IMG/VR virus record: IMGVR_UViG_3300015371_000002
Location: 32,001-96,000 of that record
From: a virus
Strand: one strand, 5' to 3'
DNA length: 64,000 bases
How positions within the stretch are numbered: position 1 is the stretch's first letter; each line of letters starts with the position of its first letter. Shown here one piece after another: positions 29,625 to 39,882 of this stretch. Both the position numbers and the translations under genes were made by a program. Under the pieces are notes generated by a model. That model was not told the DNA's origin and made no database searches. It worked only from the letters and a program-made list of their open reading frames with translations.

Positions 29625-30350
29625 TCAGTGGCCCGCCGCCCAGGACGTTAGCTCAGCCCGCCATTCCTCGGCGAATTCGCAGTCGCGATACCCGTCCATA
29701 TCCGGGCAGCCCAAGGTGAAATGCGCAATCTTTGGCGACACAAGCGGTTGCGGAGAGACACCCACAAGATAGTTGTATTCCAACCCCAGCTCGCCGATTT
29801 GGTTATCGGCCAGCCAGCAGAAGCGATGCAGGTTTCGTCCTGGCAGTTCGTTGATCATATCCACCGTGAGCGCTCTATTCGCCGGATGGTCGACGTTCAG
29901 GATGAAGCAGGAACTCCACCATTTGCGCTCGTAGGTCCACTGCAGTTGATTATCCATCTTGGTCCCCTCGTCCATGGAGGGGGCGTGCTTGACGCAATAC
30001 AGCGCATACCGCGGGTCAAGCTCATCGAAGATGCGCGTCAGGTTCCCACGCACCAAAATGTCTCCATCAACGAACATCGCCCAACCTTCTTGGGCGAGCT
30101 CCTTGATGAGGAACCGTGCGATGGCGTGCTCAGTGCTGCACGGCGCATTAGAGATAACATCCCAGAGCCGACCATCCCGCATCTGCATTTCGCGGCGATA
30201 GAGGCCTCTGCCACGCAAATCATCCAATACCACGCCGTAGATCGGCAGCTTCGTCGACATGCGACGCTGTGCCGAGTATCGCGCGACAGCGTAAGCCGCC
30301 GCCTCCCTCGGGTCGAAGCCGAGAAAAACCGTGCACCGCCGGTCGAGCAC
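29625..30350 (-). CDS. GT-A nucleotide-diphospho-sugar transferase
   Basis: FLGFDPRE..AY, STE...RF, FVDGD (DxD), HFT.G.P. Confidence 0.85.
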   Translation of the reverse strand: MLDRRCTVFLGFDPREAAAYAVARYSAQRRMSTKLPIYGVVLDDLRGRGLYRREMQMRDGRLWDVISNAPCSTEHAIARFLIKELAQEGWAMFVDGDILVRGNLTRIFDELDPRYALYCVKHAPSMDEGTKMDNQLQWTYERKWWSSCFILNVDHPANRALTVDMINELPGRNLHRFCWLADNQIGELGLEYNYLVGVSPQPLVSPKIAHFTLGCPDMDGYRDCEFAEEWRAELTSWAAGH

Positions 30351-30352
30351 GA

Positions 30353-30520
30353 CTATTCGGCCTCCAGCCGATCAGCGGTGCGCTCCATTCCGCAGGCGCC
30401 TTCGAACAACCGCAGCATGTTGGCCGCCGCGGTGATCGCTTCCCCACGGCCAAGCCCCTTCTCGATCTTGACGTAGGCCTGCAATTGCTTGTGCAGATGC
30501 TCGAGGCTCTTATCGGTCAT
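30353..30520 (-). CDS. Small hypothetical protein (55 aa)
   Basis: MTDKSLEHLHKQLQ... exactly fills the intergenic gap. Confidence 0.5.
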   Translation of the reverse strand: MTDKSLEHLHKQLQAYVKIEKGLGRGEAITAAANMLRLFEGACGMERTADRLEAE

Positions 30521-31171
30521 TCACATCTTCCATTCTTGTAGCGCAACCTCCACCGAGGGCACGAACCGAAACTCTTTCACGTCGGAAAACCGCGTAGCGT
30601 TGGCGACATCGATGCCCATGTTGGACAGCGTCCGGGCGGCGATGGCGAACGAGCGGCGCCAACGGCGAAAGTTGGCTTCTCCGGGATTGTTCGCCCCAGA
30701 CCATTCGTTGCGGCCATACCAGTGCGGGCCTGAGCGGGTATGCACGTCGAGACCGACGAACGCGATCTGTCGCGCACCGAACTGCACCGCCAAATTTAAT
30801 GCCTGGAACCCGCTATTACCGCCTGATCCGACAAACCCCGGACGCTCCAACAGGATGTCGTCCTTGTGCATGTCGATCTTGATCAGATGAATGTCGGGAT
30901 ACTGCTCGTGCAGCAGTGGGTCATACGCGACCTTGAGGCCAGAGAACTTCGGCATGCCAATATTGGCGTGCCACCATGGTCGATCGCAGCCATAAATTAC
31001 GTCCGGCTTGCAGAGCCGCCACGACTCCTTGATCGCTATAACCCTTACGCGCTGTTTCTGTGCCAGGATGCTGAGATCAACATTCTTGGCGGACGGGCCT
31101 GACGCTACGATGACAGCGACGCAGCCGCGCCAATCGGGAAACCACGCAGGCTTATCGATGCCGTCGAACAT
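30521..31171 (-). CDS. MAF/DUF115-like (sialyltransferase-like) glycosyltransferase
   Basis: IVASGPS, NSGFQALNLA...GA..I..VG.D motifs. Confidence 0.7.
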   Translation of the reverse strand: MFDGIDKPAWFPDWRGCVAVIVASGPSAKNVDLSILAQKQRVRVIAIKESWRLCKPDVIYGCDRPWWHANIGMPKFSGLKVAYDPLLHEQYPDIHLIKIDMHKDDILLERPGFVGSGGNSGFQALNLAVQFGARQIAFVGLDVHTRSGPHWYGRNEWSGANNPGEANFRRWRRSFAIAARTLSNMGIDVANATRFSDVKEFRFVPSVEVALQEWKM

Positions 31172-33828
31172 TAGGTCCGATCGCGACCTGGCACACCTGG
31201 CGGCCCTTGTTTACCCTCTGGACCCTTGAGCGATGCCAGCCACTCTTTCTCGGTGCCACTAAACCCCGCGGCACGCGCAATCTCGTAGGCCGACCGTCCA
31301 TTCCTCGCGGACTTCACCGCCAAGCGCCATCCGCTGTCAGGACCTACGCCGGGCGTTGCCGTTGTGGTTTTCTGGGCCAACCAGACAGCGCCATCGCGTG
31401 TCACCGCATCCCCGAGAACGTATTCCCCATCGCGCCAAATGCCACGATCGAGCGGCAACGGGAAATAGAACGACTGCGTGTGCTTCTGGCCGTCGCGCTC
31501 CATGATCAGCGTCATCGTGCGCTCGCCGTCATATTCCCAGCGCATATCGTCGAACCCGAGGCCCGGTGCCCCGTCTTTACCGTCCTTACCGTCCCTGCCG
31601 TCGGCGGCGCGCACCAGCCCGATGGACAGCGAGCGATTATCCGTCATGTGTGCGATAAGATTGCCCTCGGCATCTAGCGAGAATGAATCAACACCGGGCG
31701 GCGTTGTTCCGTCATCTCCGCGGACGCGTCCGGCGGTTTCAGTGGTGCCGTCTCGGCGCACGAATACCAGATCGCCATCGGCATTAACCAGGAAGCCGCG
31801 AGGGACAGTTGCCAAAGCTGCATCGACTGAACGCTTAATCTCATCAGCAGTCGCCATTGCTCGTCCGATGGCATCGCCGATCTCTCCCTTCATTTGTTCG
31901 CGGAGCGCGTTGATGCGATCGTCGATTTCTGCGGCAATCTTAGTTACATCTGCATCGGAACCGTCACGGCCAGCAGGGCCCGGCTCGCCCTTCTCGCCAG
32001 GCGGGGCGGGCGGAATAGCGGAGACGGCTTCGGTAACCAGCGAGCGGACGAATTCCAGATCGACATCCGATCCGTCACGCCCGTCCCTACCGTCAGCTGG
32101 CTTAGGAATGGCGTTGACCGCTTCCTCGACCAAGGCGCGAATGACAATTGGATCGGCGTCCTTTCCGTCGATACCGTCACGCGCTGGCGGCAATGCCGCG
32201 ACAGCGTCAGTGACGAGCAGGCGGACAAATTCCGGATCCGCGTTCTGTCCGGGATCGCCCTTTTCACCGACCGGCCCAGGAAGGCCATCGACGCCATCGC
32301 GTGGCGGTGGAACGGCGGCGAATGCTTCGGTAACCAACGACCGGACGAACTCCGGATCGGTATCGCGGCCGGGTGGCCCAGGCTCTCCCTGCGGCCCCGG
32401 TGCGCCATCCATCCCGTCCTTGCCGTCGATCGCTAGTATGCGACCGAGGTTGATACTGCGCCCGTCGGTCAGGAATACGCGGGCGTGCCCGTCGGTATCT
32501 GTCTGCAGGTTGAGAATGCCGATACCGTCCATGCCATCGGCGCCCGGCAGGCCGTCGGCCCCCTTCTCACCTTGAATTCCTTGGAGGCCTACGCCCGGCT
32601 GCCCCGGAACGCCCTGTGGCCCTTCCGGTCCCGCTGGCCCCATCTCTCCCTGTGGGCCGGGCGGACCAACCACAGCCTCGCCCTGCGGTCCGGCCGGACC
32701 CATTTCGCCAGGATCGCCCTTCTCGCCGCGCTCTCCGGTTAGTCCCTTTTCGCCCTGTGGCCCCGGCAACCCGTCCACGCCATCGCGGCCCGTAAGACCC
32801 ACGTCGCCCGGGTCACCTTTCTCGCCCTGAATACCTTTCTCGCCTGGAATTCCAGGAGCACCGTCAATGCCATCGCGTGGCGGCGACAATGCCGCAATCG
32901 CCTCGGTCAGCATTGAACGGATCAGTTCTGGCTCAACGTCCTTGCCATCAATGCCATCGCGACCCGCAGGCCCTGGCTCACCGTCCTTCGGTAACGGAAT
33001 AGCCGAGACAGCCTCGACCACGAGAGAGCGAACAAATTCCGGATCGGCGTCCTTGCCATCGACCCCAGGCGGGCCCTCAAGACCATCGCGTGGTTTTGGC
33101 AATGCCGCGACAACATCGGTGATCAGTGACCGCACCAGCTCCGGCTCGAAATCCCTGCCGTCTTTGCCATCGCGACCCGGCGGTCCCGGCTCTCCAACCA
33201 TCGGCGGCGGAAGGGCTGCCACTGCCTCTTCCACCAACGAGCGAACCAGGAGTGGATCAGCGTCCTTCCCCGGATCTCCTGGCGGGCCATGGGCGCCGTC
33301 CACGCCATCACGCGGGACTGGGATGGCCGAAATCGCTTCGACCACGAGAGAGCGAACGAATGCGGGATCGGCATCGATGCCATCGGCGCCCGGATCGCCC
33401 TTTGGTCCCGGCTCGCCTCGCGGCCCCTTAATGTTCGATAGCGTCTCCTCGGTCTTGTCCGAATAGGCGAAATACAGTCGCCCCTCTTCGGTCACATAGG
33501 TATCGACAATCCCTCGTCCCGGCGGACCCGGTTCGCCGTCGACGCCATCCCTGGCAGGGGGCGCATCTCTACCATCCGCACCACGAACCTTGCCGACGCG
33601 AAGCAGCTCGCCGTCGGAGCGAGTAAAGCAAAGTTCGCCTTCGACATCTTGCATGGCACCGACGAAACCGACACCATCACGCCCTGGCGGCCCTGTCTCT
33701 GGCACAAGCATAGACCGCGCCTCGAGCGCGGCGATGCGCTGCTGCATAGGGGCCAGTTGCTCGCCGAGATATTGCCGCACGACAGGCGCAATAGCCTGCA
33801 TGAGCCCAGCTATGGTCGCATGATCCAC
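31171..33828 (-). CDS. Portal-downstream collagen-like repeat protein
   Basis: Many Gly-X-Y runs alternating with DADP.FVRSLV.EAV.A.P.P.DG repeats; C-terminal RGIW..G.Y..GD.VT..G.VW. Confidence 0.8.
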   Translation of the reverse strand: MDHATIAGLMQAIAPVVRQYLGEQLAPMQQRIAALEARSMLVPETGPPGRDGVGFVGAMQDVEGELCFTRSDGELLRVGKVRGADGRDAPPARDGVDGEPGPPGRGIVDTYVTEEGRLYFAYSDKTEETLSNIKGPRGEPGPKGDPGADGIDADPAFVRSLVVEAISAIPVPRDGVDGAHGPPGDPGKDADPLLVRSLVEEAVAALPPPMVGEPGPPGRDGKDGRDFEPELVRSLITDVVAALPKPRDGLEGPPGVDGKDADPEFVRSLVVEAVSAIPLPKDGEPGPAGRDGIDGKDVEPELIRSMLTEAIAALSPPRDGIDGAPGIPGEKGIQGEKGDPGDVGLTGRDGVDGLPGPQGEKGLTGERGEKGDPGEMGPAGPQGEAVVGPPGPQGEMGPAGPEGPQGVPGQPGVGLQGIQGEKGADGLPGADGMDGIGILNLQTDTDGHARVFLTDGRSINLGRILAIDGKDGMDGAPGPQGEPGPPGRDTDPEFVRSLVTEAFAAVPPPRDGVDGLPGPVGEKGDPGQNADPEFVRLLVTDAVAALPPARDGIDGKDADPIVIRALVEEAVNAIPKPADGRDGRDGSDVDLEFVRSLVTEAVSAIPPAPPGEKGEPGPAGRDGSDADVTKIAAEIDDRINALREQMKGEIGDAIGRAMATADEIKRSVDAALATVPRGFLVNADGDLVFVRRDGTTETAGRVRGDDGTTPPGVDSFSLDAEGNLIAHMTDNRSLSIGLVRAADGRDGKDGKDGAPGLGFDDMRWEYDGERTMTLIMERDGQKHTQSFYFPLPLDRGIWRDGEYVLGDAVTRDGAVWLAQKTTTATPGVGPDSGWRLAVKSARNGRSAYEIARAAGFSGTEKEWLASLKGPEGKQGPPGVPGRDRT

Positions 33829-33874
33829 TGGTGACGACCCCTTCGTGTTCTGCGGCCGGCTGATCCGCTTTCGG

Positions 33875-35317
33875 TCAATCTGCTGCCGACAGAACGGCAC
33901 CGCCTCCCAGCGCTTTGGTCAGATGCCACGCAGCCATGGCGATGTCGGCCTCATCGAGGTCGCGCTGCTGTGCGGCTGGGCTTCCCGGCGCGCCCGGTCC
34001 GGATGGCGGCGTAAGTGCGGGCTGAAGGGGGGCAGGCGTTGCCGGGGCTGATTCTCGCTGCGTCAGAACGTCAATGGGCCAATACTGCTGCTGAAGGAAT
34101 GGAACATCGCCACCTTTGACCGGACGCATGTCGAACCGTGCGCGCGCTTCGTTCGGCGAGAAGATCGCCCGCTGCACGCCTTCGCCGATGGTCTTGACCT
34201 TGGTGGCGGTGTCCATGCGCAGTAGGCCATCGTCGATGTCGAACTCGGTGCCGTAAATATGTCCGGTGACCTCGGTTAGACCGAGGCCCTCGTCCAACAG
34301 CAATTCGATGTTCTCAAAGCGTGCCTGCAAGCACTGGCTATAATACGACAGGTTCAGCGCTTCCACGTTGTTATACGTCGGTGCTGCTTGCGTCACGAGA
34401 AACGCGGGCACGTGGAATGCGGAGCAGATGGTCTCGGCGGTCCACCTCAGTTGCTCGATGAGTTGGGCATCGACCGGATTGATACTCATCCGCTCGAACT
34501 TCATCCCATCGCCGAGGATCGCCACCCGCCCGACGTTCTCGCCCGCGTAGTTCGCCTGCCATTTGGCTTTGACGCGATCGGCGGTTTCCTGCGAGATCGG
34601 CCCCGGCGCGATCAGCATGCCAGATGGCACCGCCTGATTGCGCGACGTCTCGATCTGCTGCTTCTGCGCCTCAAGCCCCTGGAGCGCCGACAGGCCACAC
34701 GCAGTGAGCGGCGAAATACCGATCAGCGGATGGAACACCGCCGACATGCGGTCGTGGATGATTTCCGACGCGGGAACAACCTGGCTGTCTTCTTCGACGC
34801 CGGTCAAGCTGTCCGCGTAGAGTTGGTAATAGACCGCACCATCGGGTGCGACCAGCACCTTGGTGCGTGCTGGGTCAAGCACATACATGGCAATGACCAC
34901 GCCACGACCGTCGCGCTGCTTCAGTATATACGTATTCCCCCACGTAAGGAGGCTATAGATCCAGCACTCCAGGAATTGAATTCGCGTTTGGTAGCGATTT
35001 GGCTTGCGCAGCACCGGGCTGAACGCGGGCGCGGAAGTCTCTTCCCAGATGCCGGTGGTCGGATCCTGCTCGACCAGTTTGATACGAATTTTGGATATGT
35101 CCTGGGCAATCAGCGAAAGGCACGAATAGACGGCGTGATGGCGCAGGGAGGTTTCCTGCGTCATGCCCATGTTGCGCTGCCAGGCGCCCATGAACGGTTC
35201 CTGGATAGTCGGCCAGAACCACTGGGAGAACGTCGACATCGGCGGCACCATCAGGCCGGTGGGCGGTGATGCCTTGGCGATGCCGTTGCGCGTGATGTCG
35301 AACCCGAGGATACGCAT
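33875..35317 (-). CDS. HK97-family portal protein
   Basis: AVYSC...IAQD, PN.YQT..F, GN.Y, G.SP, QLIE, S.NEAR..FD..P..GGD. Confidence 0.93.
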   Translation of the reverse strand: MRILGFDITRNGIAKASPPTGLMVPPMSTFSQWFWPTIQEPFMGAWQRNMGMTQETSLRHHAVYSCLSLIAQDISKIRIKLVEQDPTTGIWEETSAPAFSPVLRKPNRYQTRIQFLECWIYSLLTWGNTYILKQRDGRGVVIAMYVLDPARTKVLVAPDGAVYYQLYADSLTGVEEDSQVVPASEIIHDRMSAVFHPLIGISPLTACGLSALQGLEAQKQQIETSRNQAVPSGMLIAPGPISQETADRVKAKWQANYAGENVGRVAILGDGMKFERMSINPVDAQLIEQLRWTAETICSAFHVPAFLVTQAAPTYNNVEALNLSYYSQCLQARFENIELLLDEGLGLTEVTGHIYGTEFDIDDGLLRMDTATKVKTIGEGVQRAIFSPNEARARFDMRPVKGGDVPFLQQQYWPIDVLTQRESAPATPAPLQPALTPPSGPGAPGSPAAQQRDLDEADIAMAAWHLTKALGGGAVLSAAD

Positions 35318-35324
35318 CGTCGCG

Positions 35325-35516
35325 TTAGTCCTCACGCGCAGCGAACAGGTCTGCCATTCGTGCGTCCTCCGGATCTCCGGCTGGGGAAATGAACCAGTTG
35401 TCGGGATCGGACATCCCATCAGGAACGTGGAAGGTCGGGCAGGCCAGGATGGGTGTGTCCCGCAAGTCCAGCAGCAATTGGGCGTCTACAGGATCAAGCT
35501 CCGGTTTATCCGACAC
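35325..35516 (-). CDS. Hypothetical protein
   Basis: GTG start after GAGG; fills gap before portal. Confidence 0.4.
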   Translation of the reverse strand: MSDKPELDPVDAQLLLDLRDTPILACPTFHVPDGMSDPDNWFISPAGDPEDARMADLFAARED

Positions 35517-35520
35517 TGGC

Positions 35521-35943
35521 TTATTCCTCGGGCCGCAGATCGCGGCGGGAATAGCGGCCGTGGATCGGCGGACGCCCACGTCCCCGACGCGGCGCATCGC
35601 CCTCCGGCTCATCACCACTGTCCACAGTCGCCTCGTCAGTCTCAGCCGGCGCCGCTTCGTCCGGCTCCATGACTTTCTCCAGCAATGACGGCGCGGGTTC
35701 CGGCGTTGGTTCGGGTGTGGACTCTGGTGGCGGTTCCGGTGGTGCCGCGACCTTCTGCGGCGGCAATGGCGGAGGTGAGCCGATAGCCACAGGTTCGAAC
35801 TTGCGCGCACGCTTGGCCGCGATCAGCACCTTGGCCAGATTGCGCCCCTTGTAGTCGTCGGGCACCTCGAATTCCTGGCCCGCCTTATAGACGACGCCCT
35901 TGCCGCCCGGCATGCGCAACAATGTAATGGCCTGCAGCCGCAT
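35521..35943 (-). CDS. Capsid-downstream protein with Pro/Glu linker
   Basis: YKAGQEFEV N-domain, RRGRGRP...YSRRDLRPE C-tail; GGAG SD. Confidence 0.65.
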   Translation of the reverse strand: MRLQAITLLRMPGGKGVVYKAGQEFEVPDDYKGRNLAKVLIAAKRARKFEPVAIGSPPPLPPQKVAAPPEPPPESTPEPTPEPAPSLLEKVMEPDEAAPAETDEATVDSGDEPEGDAPRRGRGRPPIHGRYSRRDLRPEE

Positions 35944-35957
35944 CGGGCATGCTCCTG

Positions 35958-35988
35958 AAAAGAAGGCGGCCGAATTGCTCCGACCGCC
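35958..35988 (-). terminator. Rho-independent terminator after capsid gene
   Basis: Minus strand GGCGGTCGG-AGCAA-TTCGGCCGCC followed by TTCTTTT. Confidence 0.8.
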
Positions 35989-36110
35989 AAGTTAGAAGGA
36001 GGAAACGTCGCCGCGTAACCGCGTTCCGAAGTGGGGGAGCACCTCAGAACGCGGCTGGCCTCGGTAGGACAAAAAGTCCCGATTAGAGTAACAAGATATT
36101 CGTTGCGGTA

Positions 36111-38471
36111 TCATACGTATTTGGCGTAGTCAATCCACTGCACGACGCCAGTGCGACGCTTGCGCCAATTGATCTCACGCTCTGCAAGAACCGCGGTCAT
36201 ATTTTCCTGCCACAGTGAGCGGTAAACAGTAGAGGCAGAGATCGGGCTATCGGGCGCGCTATCGAACTGCAGCGAAGCCTGGTTGCTGCTGTCGATCGTC
36301 ACGTTGCCGTCGTCGGCGAGCAGAATTTCGCCCGGCAAGATGAACGCGATCATATAGCCATCCGTCGGCGAACCACCGGACGACGGCACGTTCGTGCTGG
36401 TGATGACGCGGAACCCGGCCAACGTGCCGCCACCGGCGGTGATGTCGGGGAACTCGCGTTGTCCAAGCGTATTCAGCATGAGGCTGAACGCGATCGCCTG
36501 GTTGACGTGCATGACCCACGTGCCGCCAGTCATGTCGAGATCCAGCGCTGCCATCGTGGTCAGCACCGTGCGGATGTTGGCGCGCGCGGCGTCGGCATCC
36601 GTGCCTGTTGCGGCAACAGCAGTAACGCCGTTGGTCAGTGACGCAGGCGAAGGACCGCCTGAACCCGTGCCGACGACCTTCGTGCTGTCGAGCAGGTCGG
36701 TGTCGAGCTTCTTGGCAATCGCTGCGACCATGTCCTGACGGATCATCGCTTCCAAACTTGGATTTGAGAACCGCAGGCTTTCGTTGGTGAATGCTACGAG
36801 CGCGGCAACCTTCGCGAAGGTCATCGTGATCGTATCAAACGCCGCGCTGCTCATGGGTTTAGACGATCCCTCGCCGACCCAATACGCTGTCGAACCGGAT
36901 GACATCAATGGGACACGAATGTTAAATGGCACACGACGCATACCGCCAGCGAGCTTGTCGAGAATAGTCGCAGCACGAACCAGATCGATAAATTCACTGG
37001 CCATATACTGCAGCTGCACGAGGGGTGACGCCCACGTGGTATCGTAAGTGTTCGCCGGAGCGACTGCCGCCTTCAGCACCGTTGTGCCCTCGGCCGCAGC
37101 AAAGTTCAACACTTGTGCTACTTCCGGCGTGTCCTTCCATGCCTCACGCTGTGCGATCTGCACCGCCTGCTGCAAGTTGCCCTTCGACATCGCCTGTGCG
37201 GCAATGTAGCGAACGAACGCGGTGCCCTTCTCAAGCGGCGGACGCTTGACCTGGACAACGGACGAAGTCTGGCGTGGCGCTAGCGACTGACCGGCATTGT
37301 AACCGATACGGTCGCCATCGACTGCTACCGCGGCCGAGATGTTCAGCTTCTCCTGCTCGCGTAGACGGGTCAGGTGCTTGTCAATCGACTTAATCTTGTC
37401 GTTCAGTTCGTCGTATTCGGTCTCCTGCTCCTCATCGAGCGTTGAGCCGTCTTCCGACGCCTTGCTCATCAGCTCGGACATCCGTGCTGCGTGTGCGGTT
37501 CGCGTCGATGCGTATGCGGCAATATCTTCCGCAATAGTTTTGGTTGCCATTGGTGCCTCCCGGCTTGTCTGGCGGTTAACGGTCGCCGTGACGCCGGCGG
37601 GGTTCTGCTCAACACGCGGACTCTGCTTCTGGCCGGTCGCGGCCTGCAGCGCTTGCGTATCGAGGGATCTGATAAGCTGGATGGTGGCTTCCGATTGGGC
37701 TGGCACGGTCACGAGAGACAATTCATGCCAGTTCCATTCTTTAAACCGGATGCCACCACCCTTAATCATCTCATATTGGTCTTTGATCGGCGTGAAACCG
37801 ATGCTGACGCCTTTGACGAGTCCAGCGCGCACTGTCTGCCACGCCTCATCAACGCGATCCTTAAGTTTCCCGGGTTCCTCAACCTTGGCGATGCGTGCCT
37901 GGAACGAGATACCGCGGTCGGTCTTAGTTACGTGGGTAACCGTTCCGACCGGCTGGCTGTGCTGGTGCATCCATAGCAGCGGGATACTGACCGGCGTCGC
38001 GTATTTCGCACCCATGCTTTCCACGACGTCACCGACATGATCGACGGATGGCGTGGTAGCGATGCCGGAGATCATGCGTTCGCCTTCGTTGAGGCCCTTG
38101 ACCTCCAGCGTTGTCGGCATCCATTTCATTTCGACCGGCGCGGAATGCATCATCGGCGCGTCGGGCATCGATGGCTTGCTATCCATCCACGCCATCATGC
38201 AGGTTTCCTCGCTATCGCCGCCTTCGACGCATCTTTCCAAGAACGAAACCATATCCTCCCCGCCACCGGGTGTGCAGCACGTCCCTGCCACATCGCGCTT
38301 TGGCGCCGGACCGTTCGCTGCGGACCCGTGATGTTCCCGCCAAAGATTCAGACATACGGCAATCCGTTGCCTGTTCGTAGCGAAATCATTATTGACCGTT
38401 GCATCGCCCATGCAGCGTGCCATCCACTGCTCGTTTGTCTCGCCTGATGGCTTAGGTTTTGGAAGCGGCAT
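36111..38471 (-). CDS. HK97-type prohead protease fused to major capsid protein
   Basis: GIATTP..D..GD, LLWMH, G.SIGF, ELSLVTVPA protease motifs followed in frame by capsid motifs (AYWVGEG, K.A.L...T.E.LR.S, SLWQEN..A..AE..INW). Confidence 0.93.
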   Translation of the reverse strand: MPLPKPKPSGETNEQWMARCMGDATVNNDFATNRQRIAVCLNLWREHHGSAANGPAPKRDVAGTCCTPGGGEDMVSFLERCVEGGDSEETCMMAWMDSKPSMPDAPMMHSAPVEMKWMPTTLEVKGLNEGERMISGIATTPSVDHVGDVVESMGAKYATPVSIPLLWMHQHSQPVGTVTHVTKTDRGISFQARIAKVEEPGKLKDRVDEAWQTVRAGLVKGVSIGFTPIKDQYEMIKGGGIRFKEWNWHELSLVTVPAQSEATIQLIRSLDTQALQAATGQKQSPRVEQNPAGVTATVNRQTSREAPMATKTIAEDIAAYASTRTAHAARMSELMSKASEDGSTLDEEQETEYDELNDKIKSIDKHLTRLREQEKLNISAAVAVDGDRIGYNAGQSLAPRQTSSVVQVKRPPLEKGTAFVRYIAAQAMSKGNLQQAVQIAQREAWKDTPEVAQVLNFAAAEGTTVLKAAVAPANTYDTTWASPLVQLQYMASEFIDLVRAATILDKLAGGMRRVPFNIRVPLMSSGSTAYWVGEGSSKPMSSAAFDTITMTFAKVAALVAFTNESLRFSNPSLEAMIRQDMVAAIAKKLDTDLLDSTKVVGTGSGGPSPASLTNGVTAVAATGTDADAARANIRTVLTTMAALDLDMTGGTWVMHVNQAIAFSLMLNTLGQREFPDITAGGGTLAGFRVITSTNVPSSGGSPTDGYMIAFILPGEILLADDGNVTIDSSNQASLQFDSAPDSPISASTVYRSLWQENMTAVLAEREINWRKRRTGVVQWIDYAKYV

Positions 38472-38536
38472 AGCAGTGGTTCTCCAGGGCTTAGAGGCTT
38501 GACGGCTGAGCTTAGGGACTGGCATGCTTAGCGTTA

Positions 38537-39610
38537 ATGAACTCAACGCCTGACAACCAACGTGTCTGCATAAATTGCGGACGGCCCCACTTCCCCACCA
38601 GAAAGGGTAGGTGCAAGGCATGCGATTATTACTGGCACACCTACGGCATAGAACGACCGGAGGTTATATTTAAGTCTCCAGTAAAAGGGCATTTTGCTGA
38701 CCGAGATGGTCGCTCATGCCCTAACTGTGGGGTCCTATTTAACCCGATTAAGTTCTATCGGCGCGAGGGAAAGTTCCTATTTGCGGGGCAGTTGCGCTAC
38801 TGCACAAGAGAATGTGGAAACGCCTATCGACTACGTCAAGCGAAGGGAAAACCAAGCAAACTGCGCGGAAAGCGACTGGTCAAGGAACCCACAAGCGGGT
38901 TTGCATGTCGTGGGTGCGGCATTCTATGGACGCCGATCTATTATCGGCGGGGGAGGCCGATCCGCTTACAGCGAAGGTTAGCAGCAAGAGCGTTATGCTC
39001 CGATGCCTGTCGGAAGATCATCCGCATACAATCAGAGCCTCAACGATTAGCTAGCGTTCCTAGGGGCCCTAAGCACCGTTTCTGGAAGGGCGGAGTTGGT
39101 GCCTTATACCGACGCGGACTGGGATGGGCCAAGAAGACCGAGACCGTTCGTAGAAAACAGAAATACAAGTGCGCAGAGTGCGGCAAGTCTGAGAGCGAAC
39201 TTGGCAAGGTTCTTGATGTGCATCACAAGGTTCCCTTCCACAACTTCGCCACTGCGCGTGATGCCAACGTCTTTTCTAATCTGGTAGGCTTGTGTCGATC
39301 GTGTCATGCAAAGGCTGACGCAGCCATTGTGTCACGGCAACTAAGCCTAGGTCTGGTTCTTGCTGGTCGCGAGTTTCGCCCGGGGAAGGCCCGAGGAGGG
39401 CGTTGCGCTTCGGCCAAACTGACCGAAGCCATGGTCATAGAGATGCGCCGCAGACGGGCTGATGGCGCTACTACAAGCTATCTAGCTAAGCTATTCGGTG
39501 TTTCCCCCTCTGTTTCCCAATATGCCTGCTCAGGCAAAACGTGGAAGCATGTCGGCGGACCGCTAACTAGCGGTAGGACCTATGCTAAAGCCGTAAATCC
39601 CTCTGGATGA
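38537..39610 (+). CDS. HNH homing endonuclease-like protein with Zn ribbons and C-terminal HTH
   Basis: Multiple CxxC; WKGG; CAECG..LDVHH...N...NL..LCRSCH; AKLTEA.V.EMR. Confidence 0.85.
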   Translation: MNSTPDNQRVCINCGRPHFPTRKGRCKACDYYWHTYGIERPEVIFKSPVKGHFADRDGRSCPNCGVLFNPIKFYRREGKFLFAGQLRYCTRECGNAYRLRQAKGKPSKLRGKRLVKEPTSGFACRGCGILWTPIYYRRGRPIRLQRRLAARALCSDACRKIIRIQSEPQRLASVPRGPKHRFWKGGVGALYRRGLGWAKKTETVRRKQKYKCAECGKSESELGKVLDVHHKVPFHNFATARDANVFSNLVGLCRSCHAKADAAIVSRQLSLGLVLAGREFRPGKARGGRCASAKLTEAMVIEMRRRRADGATTSYLAKLFGVSPSVSQYACSGKTWKHVGGPLTSGRTYAKAVNPSG

Positions 39611-39741
39611 CTTGATATTGCCCGTCGGCTGTTGGGTGGACGCGGCGCTGGGGAATATTCGGGGGCAGCCTCTAGTGGTCTTGCAGTAGTGCTACAGCAG
39701 TGCTATATGCAGTCCGACGAACGAAAGAGGCCCTGGTGCCG

Positions 39742-39882
39742 ATGCGGAAGCAACAAGTGAGCCTGACGGATCCGCAGGTCGAATGGCTTGAGGCTGAGGC
39801 CAAGCGTCTTGGCGTCTCCATCGCCGAGGTGATCCGTCGGATCATCGATAAGCATCGTGAGCAACGGGAGAACCGTGAGTAA
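39742..39882 (+). CDS. CopG/ribbon-helix-helix DNA-binding protein
   Basis: MRKQQVSLTDPQVEWLEAEAKRLGVSIAEVIRRIID. Confidence 0.75.
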   Translation: MRKQQVSLTDPQVEWLEAEAKRLGVSIAEVIRRIIDKHREQRENRE

